A stretch of DNA of 56,699 nt, the filler included, from Streblomastix strix (Eukaryota): the NCBI GenBank assembly GCA_008636045.1. It is 3 parts of 3 records of this genome, joined end to end, with 100 filler letters (N's around TTAATTAATTAA, not from the genome) between each part and the next. Parts side by side here need not be neighbours in the genome. Positions count along the whole stretch, not along the records: positions 1 to 18,838 come from SNRW01000577.1; 2 more parts are not named here. One strand, written 5' to 3'. This document shows positions 1-13,219 of the stretch, in pieces (within the stretch, counting starts at the first letter, position 1; every line of letters begins with the position of its first letter). The translations under genes were made by a program, and so were the position numbers. The notes under the pieces were generated by a model that searched no databases, was not told the DNA's origin, and saw only the letters and a program-made list of their open reading frames with translations.

Positions 1-1264
1 AAATATTTTATTTAAAATAATTTTTATAAAATAATTTTTAATTATAAATTTAAATAAAATTTTTTAAAAATTTAAATTATTTTATTATTATATATAGTTA
101 CTAGATCTCTATGTTTTAGAATAATGAAAATTATTCGGCTTCTTTTGCAGATACAAATATTGTTTTTAAATTTATTTTCTGTTTAATTTTATATAATAAA
201 ATTTAGAAATAATTTTTATGATTCAAAATTTTATTTATTTATTTATAAATTAATTAATATTTTATAGAGTTTATGTTGTATAATGTTTATATATATGTTT
301 GTAATTAAAAGTAATAAAAATATTAACGGTCATTTAGTTCAATATTTATTTAACTATAAATTAACTCAATAATTTCAATTAGCTCAATTTATACTTCCAT
401 CAAAATTTAAAAATATAAAATATCTGATTATTTTTAAAATTTTGAAAATTAATAATATAATATTAATTACATGTATGTACGTATCAACAAAAATTACATA
501 AATTTTGAACTAATTCAAAAACTAGAAAAATAATTAAAAAAATTCTAAAAGTGTGCGAAGTTGCACAAATTTTTTTTTCTAATGAAATTTATTAAAATCA
601 AAATATCTAAAGAACCAGCCAATAGAAGTATGAATATGAAATATGAATACGTGGTTAATAACATTATACATACTTATGTTATATATTATTATTATTATTA
701 TTAAGTTTTAAATTTCAATATTAAAATTATTTTTTAAAATTAATAGTTATGCAAAGGAAAATATATTAGCGGTTAAAATAATTTAATAGTTATTTTTGCA
801 GCTAATGCGTCAATTCTTATGGTAGCATTGTTTTTTGCATTGGGGATTCCTGAAATGATTAAATTAAGTTTTCTAAATTAAATAATTTTCAATAGATCAG
901 GTCTCTTACAAAGAATTAATAAAATTTATTTAACTCTAATACATGAATAATTTCTTAACAATAATATTTTAAAAAAATTTTTAAGAAAAAATATTTTTTA
1001 ATTAAATTAGAAAAATTTAATTTAATAGAATATTTTTAGTAAAATTTTAATTTTAAAATAAGAATATTTTAGATTGAAATTTTATAAATAAATAATAATT
1101 AAGTTAGTGTATGTAACTCTAATAAAATAGTTATCTAATAAATCCTATCACCAGTTATTTAGTTTGGAACACTTCAATGATGCAATTAGAACTGACCATA
1201 TATTGGTAAAAATTCGAAAGACATCGAATCATGTTAACTGAAATGATTAGAAAACTTCGCATGA

Positions 1265-1453
1265 AGGAACTAATAACCCAATGAGTTTATGGTTCTATTT
1301 ATTTGTTATCAGTTATATGAATGGATACATTTGCATTTAGATGGAAATAGAAGAATAGATAGATTAATGTTTCTAAATTATATATATATAAAACACAAAA
1401 TCGTTTGTAAATTCTTCAAACATAGTAACATATATAAAATATATAAGACTTGA
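1265..1453 (+). pseudogene. Fic/Doc domain remnant
   Basis: Translates ..ICYQLYEWIHLHLDGNRRIDRLMFLN.. (motif 1328-1363), a decayed match to HPFxDGNGRxxR; bounded by TGA codons, gene limits unclear. Confidence 0.55.
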
Positions 1454-3499
1454 AATGAGTGAAGTTTTAAAAGAGTTATCTCTGATGGCAATGAAGTTGT
1501 TAGATTTTGGTAAATAAAGAAGAAAAGATAAATAAAAAAGTGATGATGCAATAATTTATTTTGTAGAAAAATTTTATGCAAATTTAAATAAATTTTTTTT
1601 AGTTTATAATATTAATTATCGAACTAATTAATAATATTAAACACTAAATTTAGACGATATGACATGTTTTTTGATTAAATAATTATAGATTATCAATAAT
1701 ATATATAATTTAAAGCTTGAAGTTAATTTTGGATTAGTGAAAAAGTCGTTAAAATTGCAGTAAAATTGCGATAGCGAGCCCAACAACGACATAACATTCA
1801 ATATCATGATTTCCGCACTTAAATAAACGATTTGTAGCAAATATTGATTCTAAATATTCAGAAAACTGCTTTACCAAACGTCTTAGATATACTTTAAATT
1901 AGAGAGATAATTGAAAGATACAACTAATGGTAACAGAACTTCAGAAGTTCTGTCATTAAGATTTTTTAATATGATTTATTGACCTGAAATATTTTTTCCT
2001 CTACTAAACGAATAACTAGGTTATATAGATTGAATAAACTGATTAAATTAATAATAATAAATATTACAATATTATTGAATATTTTTAGAAGAAATATTAT
2101 GATTAAAAGTTTATTTTTGAAGAGATAAGAATATATCAATTGAAAATCTATTTAGAACAAAAAAATAGTTACGACAGTAATAGTTAGTTTTCATAAGTAA
2201 GAATCATAGGAAAAATTATATAATTCTCTAAATTGAACATTTGGAAATGGAATGAAAGTCATTATCAGGAAACTTATACAGCGCTGCTATATTTCCATTT
2301 GCCATTAATCAAATGAAATGTTTTGCAAAAATAATTATTTCGTCAATTTAGTACTAAAAGATATTTATATTCTGGATAACTTATCAGCTTCAGAAGAATT
2401 AAGTTATTGAAATTAATTGAAATAAATTTTTATTTTCCTTTTAAGATTACGAAATATTGAGTTAAAATTATTTCATAAAATATATGGCATGTATCGAATT
2501 AAATTCCTTAACAAATATTCTAGATGATAATATTATCTCTATTAGATATTCTTTAGTCAAATATTAATATGATCAATTTTCACGATTGAAAAAAATGAAT
2601 GATTGAAACAAAAGTATTTTAGTTTGATGAAAAACATTGCCTTCTGCAATTTATCGTCACAATTTTATTTCGATATCGTTATAATCTAAACTGAATCGTG
2701 AGAGAATTAAAATTTACACAATTATTACATATAGCAATCGAACTCATTTATTCAAATAAATTATATGAATACAATTTAGCAAATCATCATTAAAAAAATG
2801 TTTCAATTGATTTAATTGTTAATTATAATAAGATGCCCTTCATCATGATTCTTATTGAAAGAAGTTCCGTTTGTATTAATTGTTTCAAATTGATATTTGA
2901 CCTCAATTTACCGTGCCAGTAGTGTAGATATAGTAGAAAGAGTATGCTACCATTAATATCATTTTTGTTCTATATAAAAATTTCGTTGTCATTAATGCAT
3001 GAATTGAAAATAATTTAAGTCAAAAATCAATGTCATATTTTTTTTGAATAAACTTAGATAAATTTAGATTTTTAATTTACAATATTCGTCAAACATATAC
3101 TTTTTATTTCTTTAATTTTAAGTTAATTTATGTATAACTAACGATATTTTCGACCAAGAAGATAATAAAAATAATTATCATCTTAAACATATTAGAGCAC
3201 CAAATTTATGTTTTTCATTTTCGTATAAAACAATTGCTTTTTCTAAATTTATTTCTATATATCTTTAAATAATAATTAAATTATTTTCAATCAATTAGCT
3301 AACTAAAAGCTGTAATATGAAAACAGTTTATAAGTTTCCTGATGAAGGCTATTCTTTTCGTTCTAATTGTTCAACCATGATAATTGATCTCATTTCCGCG
3401 AATCGCTTGCTCAATTTTTTTCTAAATATGACAAATTTGATTTTTGTTTCAGATTCTATTTTCACAACGGTACACTTACTATTTATAAAAATATAATGT

Positions 3500-6250
3500 T
3501 TTTCATTTATATTTTATATTTTATATCATTTTATCAAAAAATTCATCATCTTAGTTTATTTTTTATATTTTGAAAGTTTGTGTCTGTATATTCAATGTCG
3601 TTTTAAGTCAACATTTTATCAAAATTATATTGCTAAAATCTGTCAAATTTATATATTCTAATTTTTTTCTCGTTGATTCTTGGCAGAAATTCTTTGCACT
3701 TAAGCGATATAGCATTCTTATATGTTTTCGCTTATAAATTTAAAAATCTTCAATAGTTTATTAGCGCTATTGGAATATCATATTTGAGCTATCCACTCTT
3801 ATTAATAATATCATCACTAATTAGAGATTTACTAATACTTATTTAATATTTCTTCCGTTGAATAAAAAGAATAATTGCTAGATTAAACTTTAAAATATCT
3901 CTTTCAAAGAAAAATTTCATCAAATTTTATAGACATTTATATATTTCCTTTGATTAGTTTAATGAAATATTCGATACATTCTTTTTTTTCTTTTCTTACT
4001 TAATGAATAATTTTGCTAGTAAATACTAAATGGCGACAATCATCAGTTTTCTATTAAACTTGTGTGTCATTGTTTGACTCATAGATTATATTCAAAACAA
4101 TTTCAGATGTTCATTTTAGTTAATTTTTCTAATTAATTCATGTAGATTTATCTGAAATTATTTATTACATTACTGTTGCAATATCTTTCATCTTTTCATT
4201 ATAATTTATCATCTCATTCAATACTACGAACTTTAGATTTTGAATAAATGAATTGAATTTACTAGCGAATTCATCAATGTTTGTTATATATTCGCTACAA
4301 TATCGACTAATAAATTCAACAATAATCCCATAGAATCAATTTTCACCTATTAGTTATCTACCTTGAAACACTATTGAAATTCATGATTTTAAACCTTTAA
4401 TTTATATGTATTAAGCCATCCAATTGAGGATGCATTCATAGACTCTTTCATCATCTGCAAAAATTGATTCTTTAATCAAACTGAAGTAAATTTATAAACA
4501 GCGATAGTCAATTGTATCAAATATTTTATATTTTTAACTTTAGAATATATTGATAATTTCAAGATCTTCATTTATGAAATTGCATCATTACTTCATAAAT
4601 TCAGAAGCTTGTTCCATAAAGATTTGTTTTGCAGTAAATTAATTAATTTTATCATTTTATTATCCTTTTTCTAAATTTCAAAGTTGAAACAAAATTCTCC
4701 ATTTATTTATGGATAGTTCATTCTATTTTGTGATGATTTACTAATGTTCTAATGATATCATCAAATTTTTTAATCATCTATACATTTTCATTTCTACTTG
4801 AAAAAGATGAAATTTTTTATTTATTCAAATATAATTTATTTTTCATTATTATATTCTCCATTTGTTGTTTCTTTTAAGTATGAAGTAATATGAAATTTTT
4901 AAATACAAAAATTTTTAAATATAGAACTAGTTTTCTATTAATTGAAATTTGTATCTCTTTTAGCTATTATTTAAAATTTTTTGTAATTACTAATTGGTTT
5001 ACTATTTCATAGTAATTTTTGCTATAACATCTGAGAATCTTTATATGAATTAATGCATTCGGCTTGTATTCATCAATATGTGCAGATTATCTCTAATTCT
5101 TCTCAGTGTGCGCAGTCAAAGTGATTATTGCTTTAAGATTATAAACTGTATCATTTCTAATTTTTACATTGTGAATTCCATTTAATCTATTTAATAAATT
5201 TAAGAGATATATTTAATTTTTTACTAGATGAGGTTAATTATGAGTCGCTAGGTTGTTCGATCTATCTATGTATGCTTATACAATTTCATAGGACATTGAT
5301 TCGATAGTTCATTCAACACTTATAAATTAACTATACATTCCATCTCATCTCAATTTTTCATATTCAACATACAACATCGTAATATCAACATTCGAATTTT
5401 CACGACTATCACATAAACTTGATATATTTGTTGCTTGAGACTAATCATTAACTGTTTCATATTTAAATGTTGCTCGTTAGCTATTTTTCGTTACATCTAT
5501 ACTTGTGTTTGGCGCGAATACTCGATTTTAAACAATTTATTCAGCTTTTTTTATATAATTAATATAATTTATATTTCTTCATTTATGCAAATATATCAAT
5601 ATCAAAAATTATCCTTTGAAATTACTTTCATATTTCCATTTGAAAGTAATCTATTAAAGTTTCTATTGCAATAGACAAGCAAACATCAATTCGCGGTCTT
5701 AACAAAGCTTATATTAACAGTAAGCGTGATTTCAATTATATTTTATCGAATTTTGTCAGACTCTTCATTTGAAAGTTTTTTTATTAATTTCGAAATCAAT
5801 TACACATAAATCGTCTTCTTCTATTAATGATAAATCAATTATTTTCCTTGTTTTATATTGTCTCTTTACTCCTTCGTTACATTCAAATTTAGTATAATTT
5901 ACTGCATCAACCATTGCATACTTAACTCTTTCAATAATAGGTTAATTTATTACTTCTTACATCTATTTTGCGACAAACGGAAGAAGAGCACCAATTAATT
6001 ATTTAACTTCAACTTCTTCTTATTCACGTATTAATCGAGTTCCTTCATCGTGTTTACCAAGCAATTCACGTAGATTATTTTTGTATCTAATTGTTGGTTC
6101 TTTATTGACCTCTTCTTTAATTTCTTCCTTAATCCTTTAATCCGTTAATGCTGTAATTTTTTCATTTGATTTACGGATATATGTTCTTTTTGTTCCTTTC
6201 TCCAAAGTAATGTGTTTAATGTTGTCAGATGATGCCATTTGAGTTGCCAT
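3500..6250 (-). pseudogene. AEP primase-polymerase / SF3 (D5-like) helicase fusion, copy 1, frameshifted
   Basis: ATG at 6250 (MATQMASSDN..); primase-like motifs DLCVIDFEI, VKTAN*CLLVYCNRN, DIDIFAQM; helicase half collinear with copy 2; several stops and frameshifts; 3' end approximate. Confidence 0.7.
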
Positions 6251-6622
6251 TTGTTTACAGATAAATACTTCAAAAAGTTTCTTTAATTAAATTTTATTAA
6301 ATTTACGTCAATATGAGATATAGCAGACAAAAATTGTCAGACGCTTATGGATTTATTTTGCCCTGTCTTTTGTCTTGTATAGACAATTCATTTTATTTAC
6401 TTATTCCAATAATACGCACATTAATTTAAGTCATATGTCAGTAAGTCACCAAAAATCGTCGGAATCTCTTGGATTAGTCATGTCTTATTATTTGTATTAT
6501 AAAGTATTTCACTTCATTTGTCCATTCCACTAACATATGCATACATTATTAGGGACTAAATTTCTGTTTTCACTTTTATTAGACTGACATATATATACTT
6601 TATTCCAAATATAAATTCATTT

Positions 6623-9178
6623 TCATTCTTCACCTTCAATTTGTTTAACATCATATGCAACATAATCAATGAATCCATCATCCTCATTTTGTTTCTTGTG
6701 TTTCTGGAAATTTACGTTAGATATTTCAAATTCTTCATCACTCATCATATTATCATAATATATCAATTAATCTTCGTTTAAATTATATACTTTAGTTCTT
6801 ATTCCATTAATATATTCTTTATACCGTGCAATTATGCTACATAGCATTTTTATTAGTTTTTAAGTACCAATTCTACAGTCTGAATTAATTTACATGAGAT
6901 ATCGGATTACCTTATTCGAACTATTAATAAAGTTCCATGATCAATTCATCTATTGGTGATCTACTAGCATTTATTAATTATTTTTTTGCTTCAGTCATTA
7001 GTTTCAGTGTTGAATTAAACTATGAAGTATCTCTTTCAAGTAAGAATGTCATTAAAGTCTCATAGAACTCTTAGGTATAGCTCTAGCTTAAATTATTAAA
7101 ATATTCGACATCTTCTTTATGTTCTTCAGTTACTTAATGAACAGTTTTATAAGAACATATTAAATGAAGTCTATCATTAGTGCACAATTATGCAGATATT
7201 TCATTGTTAGTTACATATATTACATTCATTACATTTTCAGCAGTTCTTTTTGACTAATTCTTCTTATTAATTTTTATAGATTCATCTGAAATTATTGATT
7301 TCATTACTGTTGCTACACCTTTCTTTGATTTGTTTTAATTCATCATTTCATTCAGTACTGCAAACATTTTATTTTCAACTATTAAATTGAATCTTCTTGT
7401 GAACTCATCGATGATAGTTATATTTTAACAACTATATCGACTTGTTAGTTCAGCAATCACATCTGTGAATCTATTTTTACCTATTCTTTATCTACTTTGT
7501 TTTACTATTACAGCTCAAGACTTTTTCTGAGATTTTATATAACCCATGCCATCCAACAAAGAATGTATTCATAGACTCTTTCGTCACCTGTAACAATAGT
7601 TTCATTAATCAAATCGAAGTGCATTTATAAGCTGTCGTAATCAATTGTATCTAATTTTTTATATTTATATTCTTGGAATATACTGAAAATTTCTGAATTT
7701 TCACTTAAAAATTTACAGTCTTTCATCACAAGTTTTGAAGCATATTTCTTAAAGATGTTTTGCAGATAATTATTTTTAATTATCATTATCTGTATCTTTT
7801 TTCTAACTATTGAAATTTATATTAATTTTCTATAATTATTTATAGACTGTTCCTTCTAACTTATGATATAAAACTTATATGTCACAAATTGCATCGTATT
7901 TTTTAATCAAGTAGACATCTTCATTTTCACCAGCTTAATAAACAATTATTTTTGTTAAATATAATACAATTTATTTCTCAATTTCATTATCTCCATTAGT
8001 AGCTTTCTCCTATATATGAAGCAAAGTGAAATCATCAGATAAATCAATTTTATGAGATATCAATTTCTAGTTAATTACAGTTTATTTTCATTTTATCTTT
8101 TATTCATAATTCTTATTCAGTACAAGTTATATAATTGTTTCATAATAATCTTTGTTGCGGCAACAAAGAATTTTTATAAAGATCAATGGATTAGGATTGT
8201 GTTCAGCAGTTCGAGCAACTTATCCATAGTTCTTTTCAGCACTTGCTGTAAGTGTACTGTTAGTTTTTAAATTAAAGATTGCACATTTTTTTAATCTTCT
8301 CGTCATATATTCCATTTAATCCAGTTAATACACTTTGAAGAGATACTTCAAAAGCTAATGCTTGATAATAGTTACGAATAGTTAGATTTTTCAATCCTTA
8401 TACTCATACTTATTCAAATTCATTAGACATAGGTTCAATCATTCCATTATTATTTATTTATTGTCTATACAATCGCTCAAGTTTCTATTTTTCATATTCA
8501 ATATATGACATCTCGATATAAATGTTCCATTTTTCAAGAATATCACATAAGTTTGATAGATGTATCATGTTATCCCAGTCATAAACAGCTTCATTTTTAA
8601 GTGTTGCTCGTTAGTTATTTTTTGTTTCATATATATTTGTGTTTGGAGCGAATACTCAATTTTACACAATTTACTCAGTTTCTTTACCTTATGGATCTAA
8701 TTTATATTTCTTTATTTGTGCAATTATATCAACATCAAAATTATCCTTTGAAATTATTTTCACGTTTCTATTTGAAGGTAACACACAAAAGTTTTTATTG
8801 TAATAGGCAAGCAAACATCCATGTGCTGTCTACACAAGACCAACGTTAAGAGGAAGCATTTTATAGATTATATTTTATCATATTTAATCAATTTTTTTGG
8901 TAGAAAATTTCTTATTAATATCGAAATCTACTACATATAAATTATCGTATTCCATTAACGACACATCAATTATTTTTCCAGTTTTTTAAGTTTTTTGCTT
9001 CATATTAACCAATTTTAGAATAGAACATAGTATTATTCATTACATTCATAAATCATTCGCAAATTGATTTATTTGTTACATATGACAACTATTTTTCAAC
9101 AAACAGAGTAGGTATATTTATAAGTTAGTTTCCAATAAGTTTTTTCTAATCATTTTTCACTTGATATTCTCCTTCCAT
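6623..9178 (-). pseudogene. AEP primase-polymerase / SF3 (D5-like) helicase fusion, copy 2, frameshifted
   Basis: YVVDFDI, NVGLVQTAHG, FDVDIIAQ; VYEYILCWMAWVIQN, then decayed Walker A ..IGKNRFTDVIAEL (~7450-7500) and Walker B region FAVLNEM; TGA at 6623-6625; start approximate. Confidence 0.75.
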
Positions 9179-12100
9179 TTTAACAAAAAAATTCAACAAG
9201 ACTATAAAGATACAAAATTAGTGACTCTTCAATTATTTATTCGGTAATCTATTCACTGGATTATTCATTAAAGAGTAAAAAAAAATTAGCTTCGAAAAAA
9301 TATCTATAGAAAAATGTGGATTGTCATTTTTGAATAAATAATAAATTATTAATTTATGACTTAGGACTTATAGGTTTTTGAAGTCAATCACTTATTTTAA
9401 TTAGAAAATTAAATAGAAATAGTTTAATCTTATTTTATACAAAGAATTTCAAGTTTAAAGAATAAAGTTTGAATTGTTTGTTAAATGTATAATAATATTA
9501 TTTTTATGTAAAATTATAAAATTTAAATGATGATAACGAAAATTTAGGCAAATAATAATAATTTTTTAAACTTAATTTTTCAAATAATTTTATTAGTAAT
9601 TTAATTATAATTTACAAATCTAATATAATTTCTTTTATTTTTCAACAAATATAAAACCGAAATTACTGCAATTGTCAATAATTTTTACTTCGTATCTACG
9701 GATTAACGTTGAAAATTTTCAGTTATAAAACTCATATTTCCGTTTGTACCTTTCATATATACACCTGACAAGCACAAATTAACTAGTACATATATTTTTA
9801 TATCAGATTAAATTAAATAATAATATATTTTTAATTATTACTCATTGAGAAATTGCACTTGCAATAAAGAATTTACGCTTAGGCCGATAAAATTTCGCCA
9901 AACTTTAAATTTTTCTTTTTGATTTTATTGTTATTGAAAAAATCAAATAAATATTAAATTTTTAAAATTATTTGCATTTTTAAAAATCAAACTTTTTTTC
10001 CAATTTTCTGTTAAATGTTCATTCTTTATAATATGTAATTGTCTTAGTTTATACTAACTTTCGTATGCTTCTGATTTATATAATTTTCAAGAAAATTAGT
10101 TACAGTTAAACAGTTATTTGTTATATAAAATTTTGATATTAATTCTACAGAGCCAAGCATCGCTGAATAATTTAATATTTTTAATTTATTAAATATATGA
10201 TATGAATCGTAAAATTTCTATTATATTTTCCTTATTTCTGCCTCGTTATAAACATCTTGATTTTCTCAAAATGATACTCCGCTTTGATTATCAAATATAA
10301 AAAATTATTACACAATCAAATCTTTAATGTTCACGATTTTGATTTATGCATACATTTTCTTTTTGTTGATTTTTCTAATATAATACTTTTAATATTTTTT
10401 TCATATGAAAGTTTAACTTGATTTGGAATTGATTCAAAAAACTTTGTATCTTCGCTTAATGTCACTTTTTTCGCTTGTTTATAATGAAAATTACAAGTTA
10501 AAAATGTTTTTAAAATATTATAAAACAATTTTCGTCTAAATGTTTTAATTATTTAATGATAATATCAAATGGTAGTACGTAAAAAATTTTCTAATAATAT
10601 CCAAAATTTTCGTTCTAATTATTCCATTTTGTTAATTGAACCTAATTTCTCCATTCATCTAGCATTTAAAATATTGAAATCATTAATATTAAGCAGATTT
10701 TTATTCCAAAATAATTTTTGAACTACTATTACGATGAATATATAATCATTTTCGTTCCATATAGGTGATTCAATTCATTTTTTTATACAATCTGCTTAAA
10801 AAAATTTATTTGTAGAATTGCTCATTATCAAATAGTTCATATTGCTACTTTTATCATTATTTTAATAACCAGCATTTAAACATTGAAATAAATTCTAATT
10901 TTCTTGTCAATTCGAAAACGTCAACGTTCATACAAATTTTCATTGTAAATTTTAAATAAACAATTTATCATTATTATTAGCAAATAAAAAAATAAGTTAA
11001 TTTTTAAAAAATCAACTTATCTGATTTTTCAGAATTCTATTAGAAGTCATCTAAAGTTAATATTATATATATAGATTCAAAAATTGATTACTATAATCAA
11101 CTTTTTACCCATTTTTCATAATTTATTTTACCTAATAACGTGCATCACTCAAAGATCTATTAGTCAAAGGCATAAATTGAAATTAATCAATAAAATTTTA
11201 TTCAATTGAATCATTAATCCTTATAAATTCGCATACTAAGTAAGTATAGTAAGTTCGAAAGTTTCAGTCAAAACAATTGATTTGAGCTATTAGTTTTGAG
11301 CTAAAAATGGATCGTTTTATATCGAAATATAAAAAAATATTGCATAATATAATTTTTATTTTAATGAGCAAAGTAACGTATTTCAATATTTAAATTCATT
11401 GATTCGATCAATTATTTTATAATACTAAATTTAATTTTTAAACATAACTAATAATAGTCATTATCTCTTTTGAAAAAAAACCTTTTTTCTTACATGATAA
11501 TAATTTATCATTACTATATTAATTTAATTTCTTTAAATTAATAATCAATAATTATTATGATTAATTTCATTAATTTATACTATAATATAGCTATAAAATA
11601 TATATTAAAATTCATATTATTCATTCAAAACATAGCGATTTCTATTCAGGAATTAATAAATATTTTTAAATTAGAGCAGATCCTCTTTTATCTCACAACT
11701 CGCCATTAATGTATTAAACTATTAAATTGATAAGAAACTTCTTTTATATAAATTAAATCCGAAGGAATTATAAATGATTTTAATTCAATTTTTAAAAAAT
11801 AAATATATTAATAAAGATATTGAAGGTATATTAAACCTAAAATAAATTTTCAACGAAAATAATTAAATATTTTGAAAAAGAATCATTAAACGACAATTTA
11901 TAATAATAACTAATCCATTTCATTTAAGATTACATTAATAGAAGTGTTAAACAATAAGAATTAATTTAAATAATTCTGAAAGAAATTTATTTAGACAATT
12001 CAATGTTAGGAATTTAAGATATAAAAATATGTATATCTCTGATCTTTAATATAAATATGGAAGTGTATAAGAATTAACGTAGATTTTATTAAATATTCAT

Positions 12101-12945
12101 TTTTATTTGTATAAATGTTTTAATATATTTAAATTTGAAAATAGGCAATAGTTTGGATATAAATGCGAAGATTAAATAAGAAATTTATGCTACAATTCAA
12201 AGCATGAAAAAATATTTTGAGGCAGATTTTGTGATATTTCACTTAACTTCCGTTGTTTTAAAAAATCTAGAAAAGGTTTAATCATGATAATTTAGTGAAG
12301 TAGAATATGAAAAATATATTTAATTTTTAAATTTTAAATTGTTAGCAGAATTCACGTTTGCGCTCTTTGTGGGGTTCTCCCGAGCCTCAGAGATTATAAT
12401 AAATATTATAATTGAATGCATCCTTAGATTTTATATTTAAATATCATATATAAATAAAATTACAATCCAAACAATATGTTTAAAATATAAAAAGTAAAAC
12501 AATTATTTCAAAAGACAACATTATGATTTTGTCTAACTTGAAAACCATTTTACAAAATTAAGTTTAAAAGTGTTACATTGATATAATAGTTTTTTATTTT
12601 TATAAATAATTAATTATTTTTTAAACTTCTATAAACTGTATTAGTGTTCTAAATTAAAAAATTGTTTTTTATCATATTATATATAAAGCTGGATGACCTT
12701 AGCAAAATTTCAGCCTAATGCCTAAATAGATGGAACTCTCATTGAGATAGAAACTCATAGAAATAATATTAATTAAAATTTGTCTAAATGAAATTTCAAG
12801 TTTCGATTTTCTTATTTTTGAAAAAATAAAATGTAGGTTAGTTAAAAAAAATTTCTAAATTTTATATTATATTTTCAATTTCTTGCCTAATAAGATTTGT
12901 AAAAAAATATATCTAACAAAAAAACATAATCGGACGAAGAAATTA

Positions 12946-13155
12946 GTCAGCCGAGCCAGAATTTAAATTTTGCGCAACGAGCCGAAACAAACCTAACTTT
13001 TGATTGATTTATATATTTTCTTGCATTATTTGAGTGATAAATAAATAATACCCCAAATAAATATAATTGACCTTAGGAATCGGTCAGCCGAGCCAGAATT
13101 TAATTTTTGCGCAACGAGTCCCAATAAGCCTAACTTTTTATTGTATTATATGTTT
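12946..13155 (+). repeat. Two ~70-bp direct subterminal repeats at the Helitron 5' end
   Basis: GTCAGCCGAGCCAGAATTTAA(A/T)TTTTGCGCAACGAG.. at 12946 and 13083. Confidence 0.85.
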
Positions 13156-13219
13156 GTAAATGTTTTTTATTCGTTTCTATTTTTTAATAATTGATTTATT
13201 TACTTATATTTTATATAGA

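Noticed and set aside
9600..12350. Possible decayed ORFs on both strands
   Set aside because: No recognisable motifs and many TGA stops
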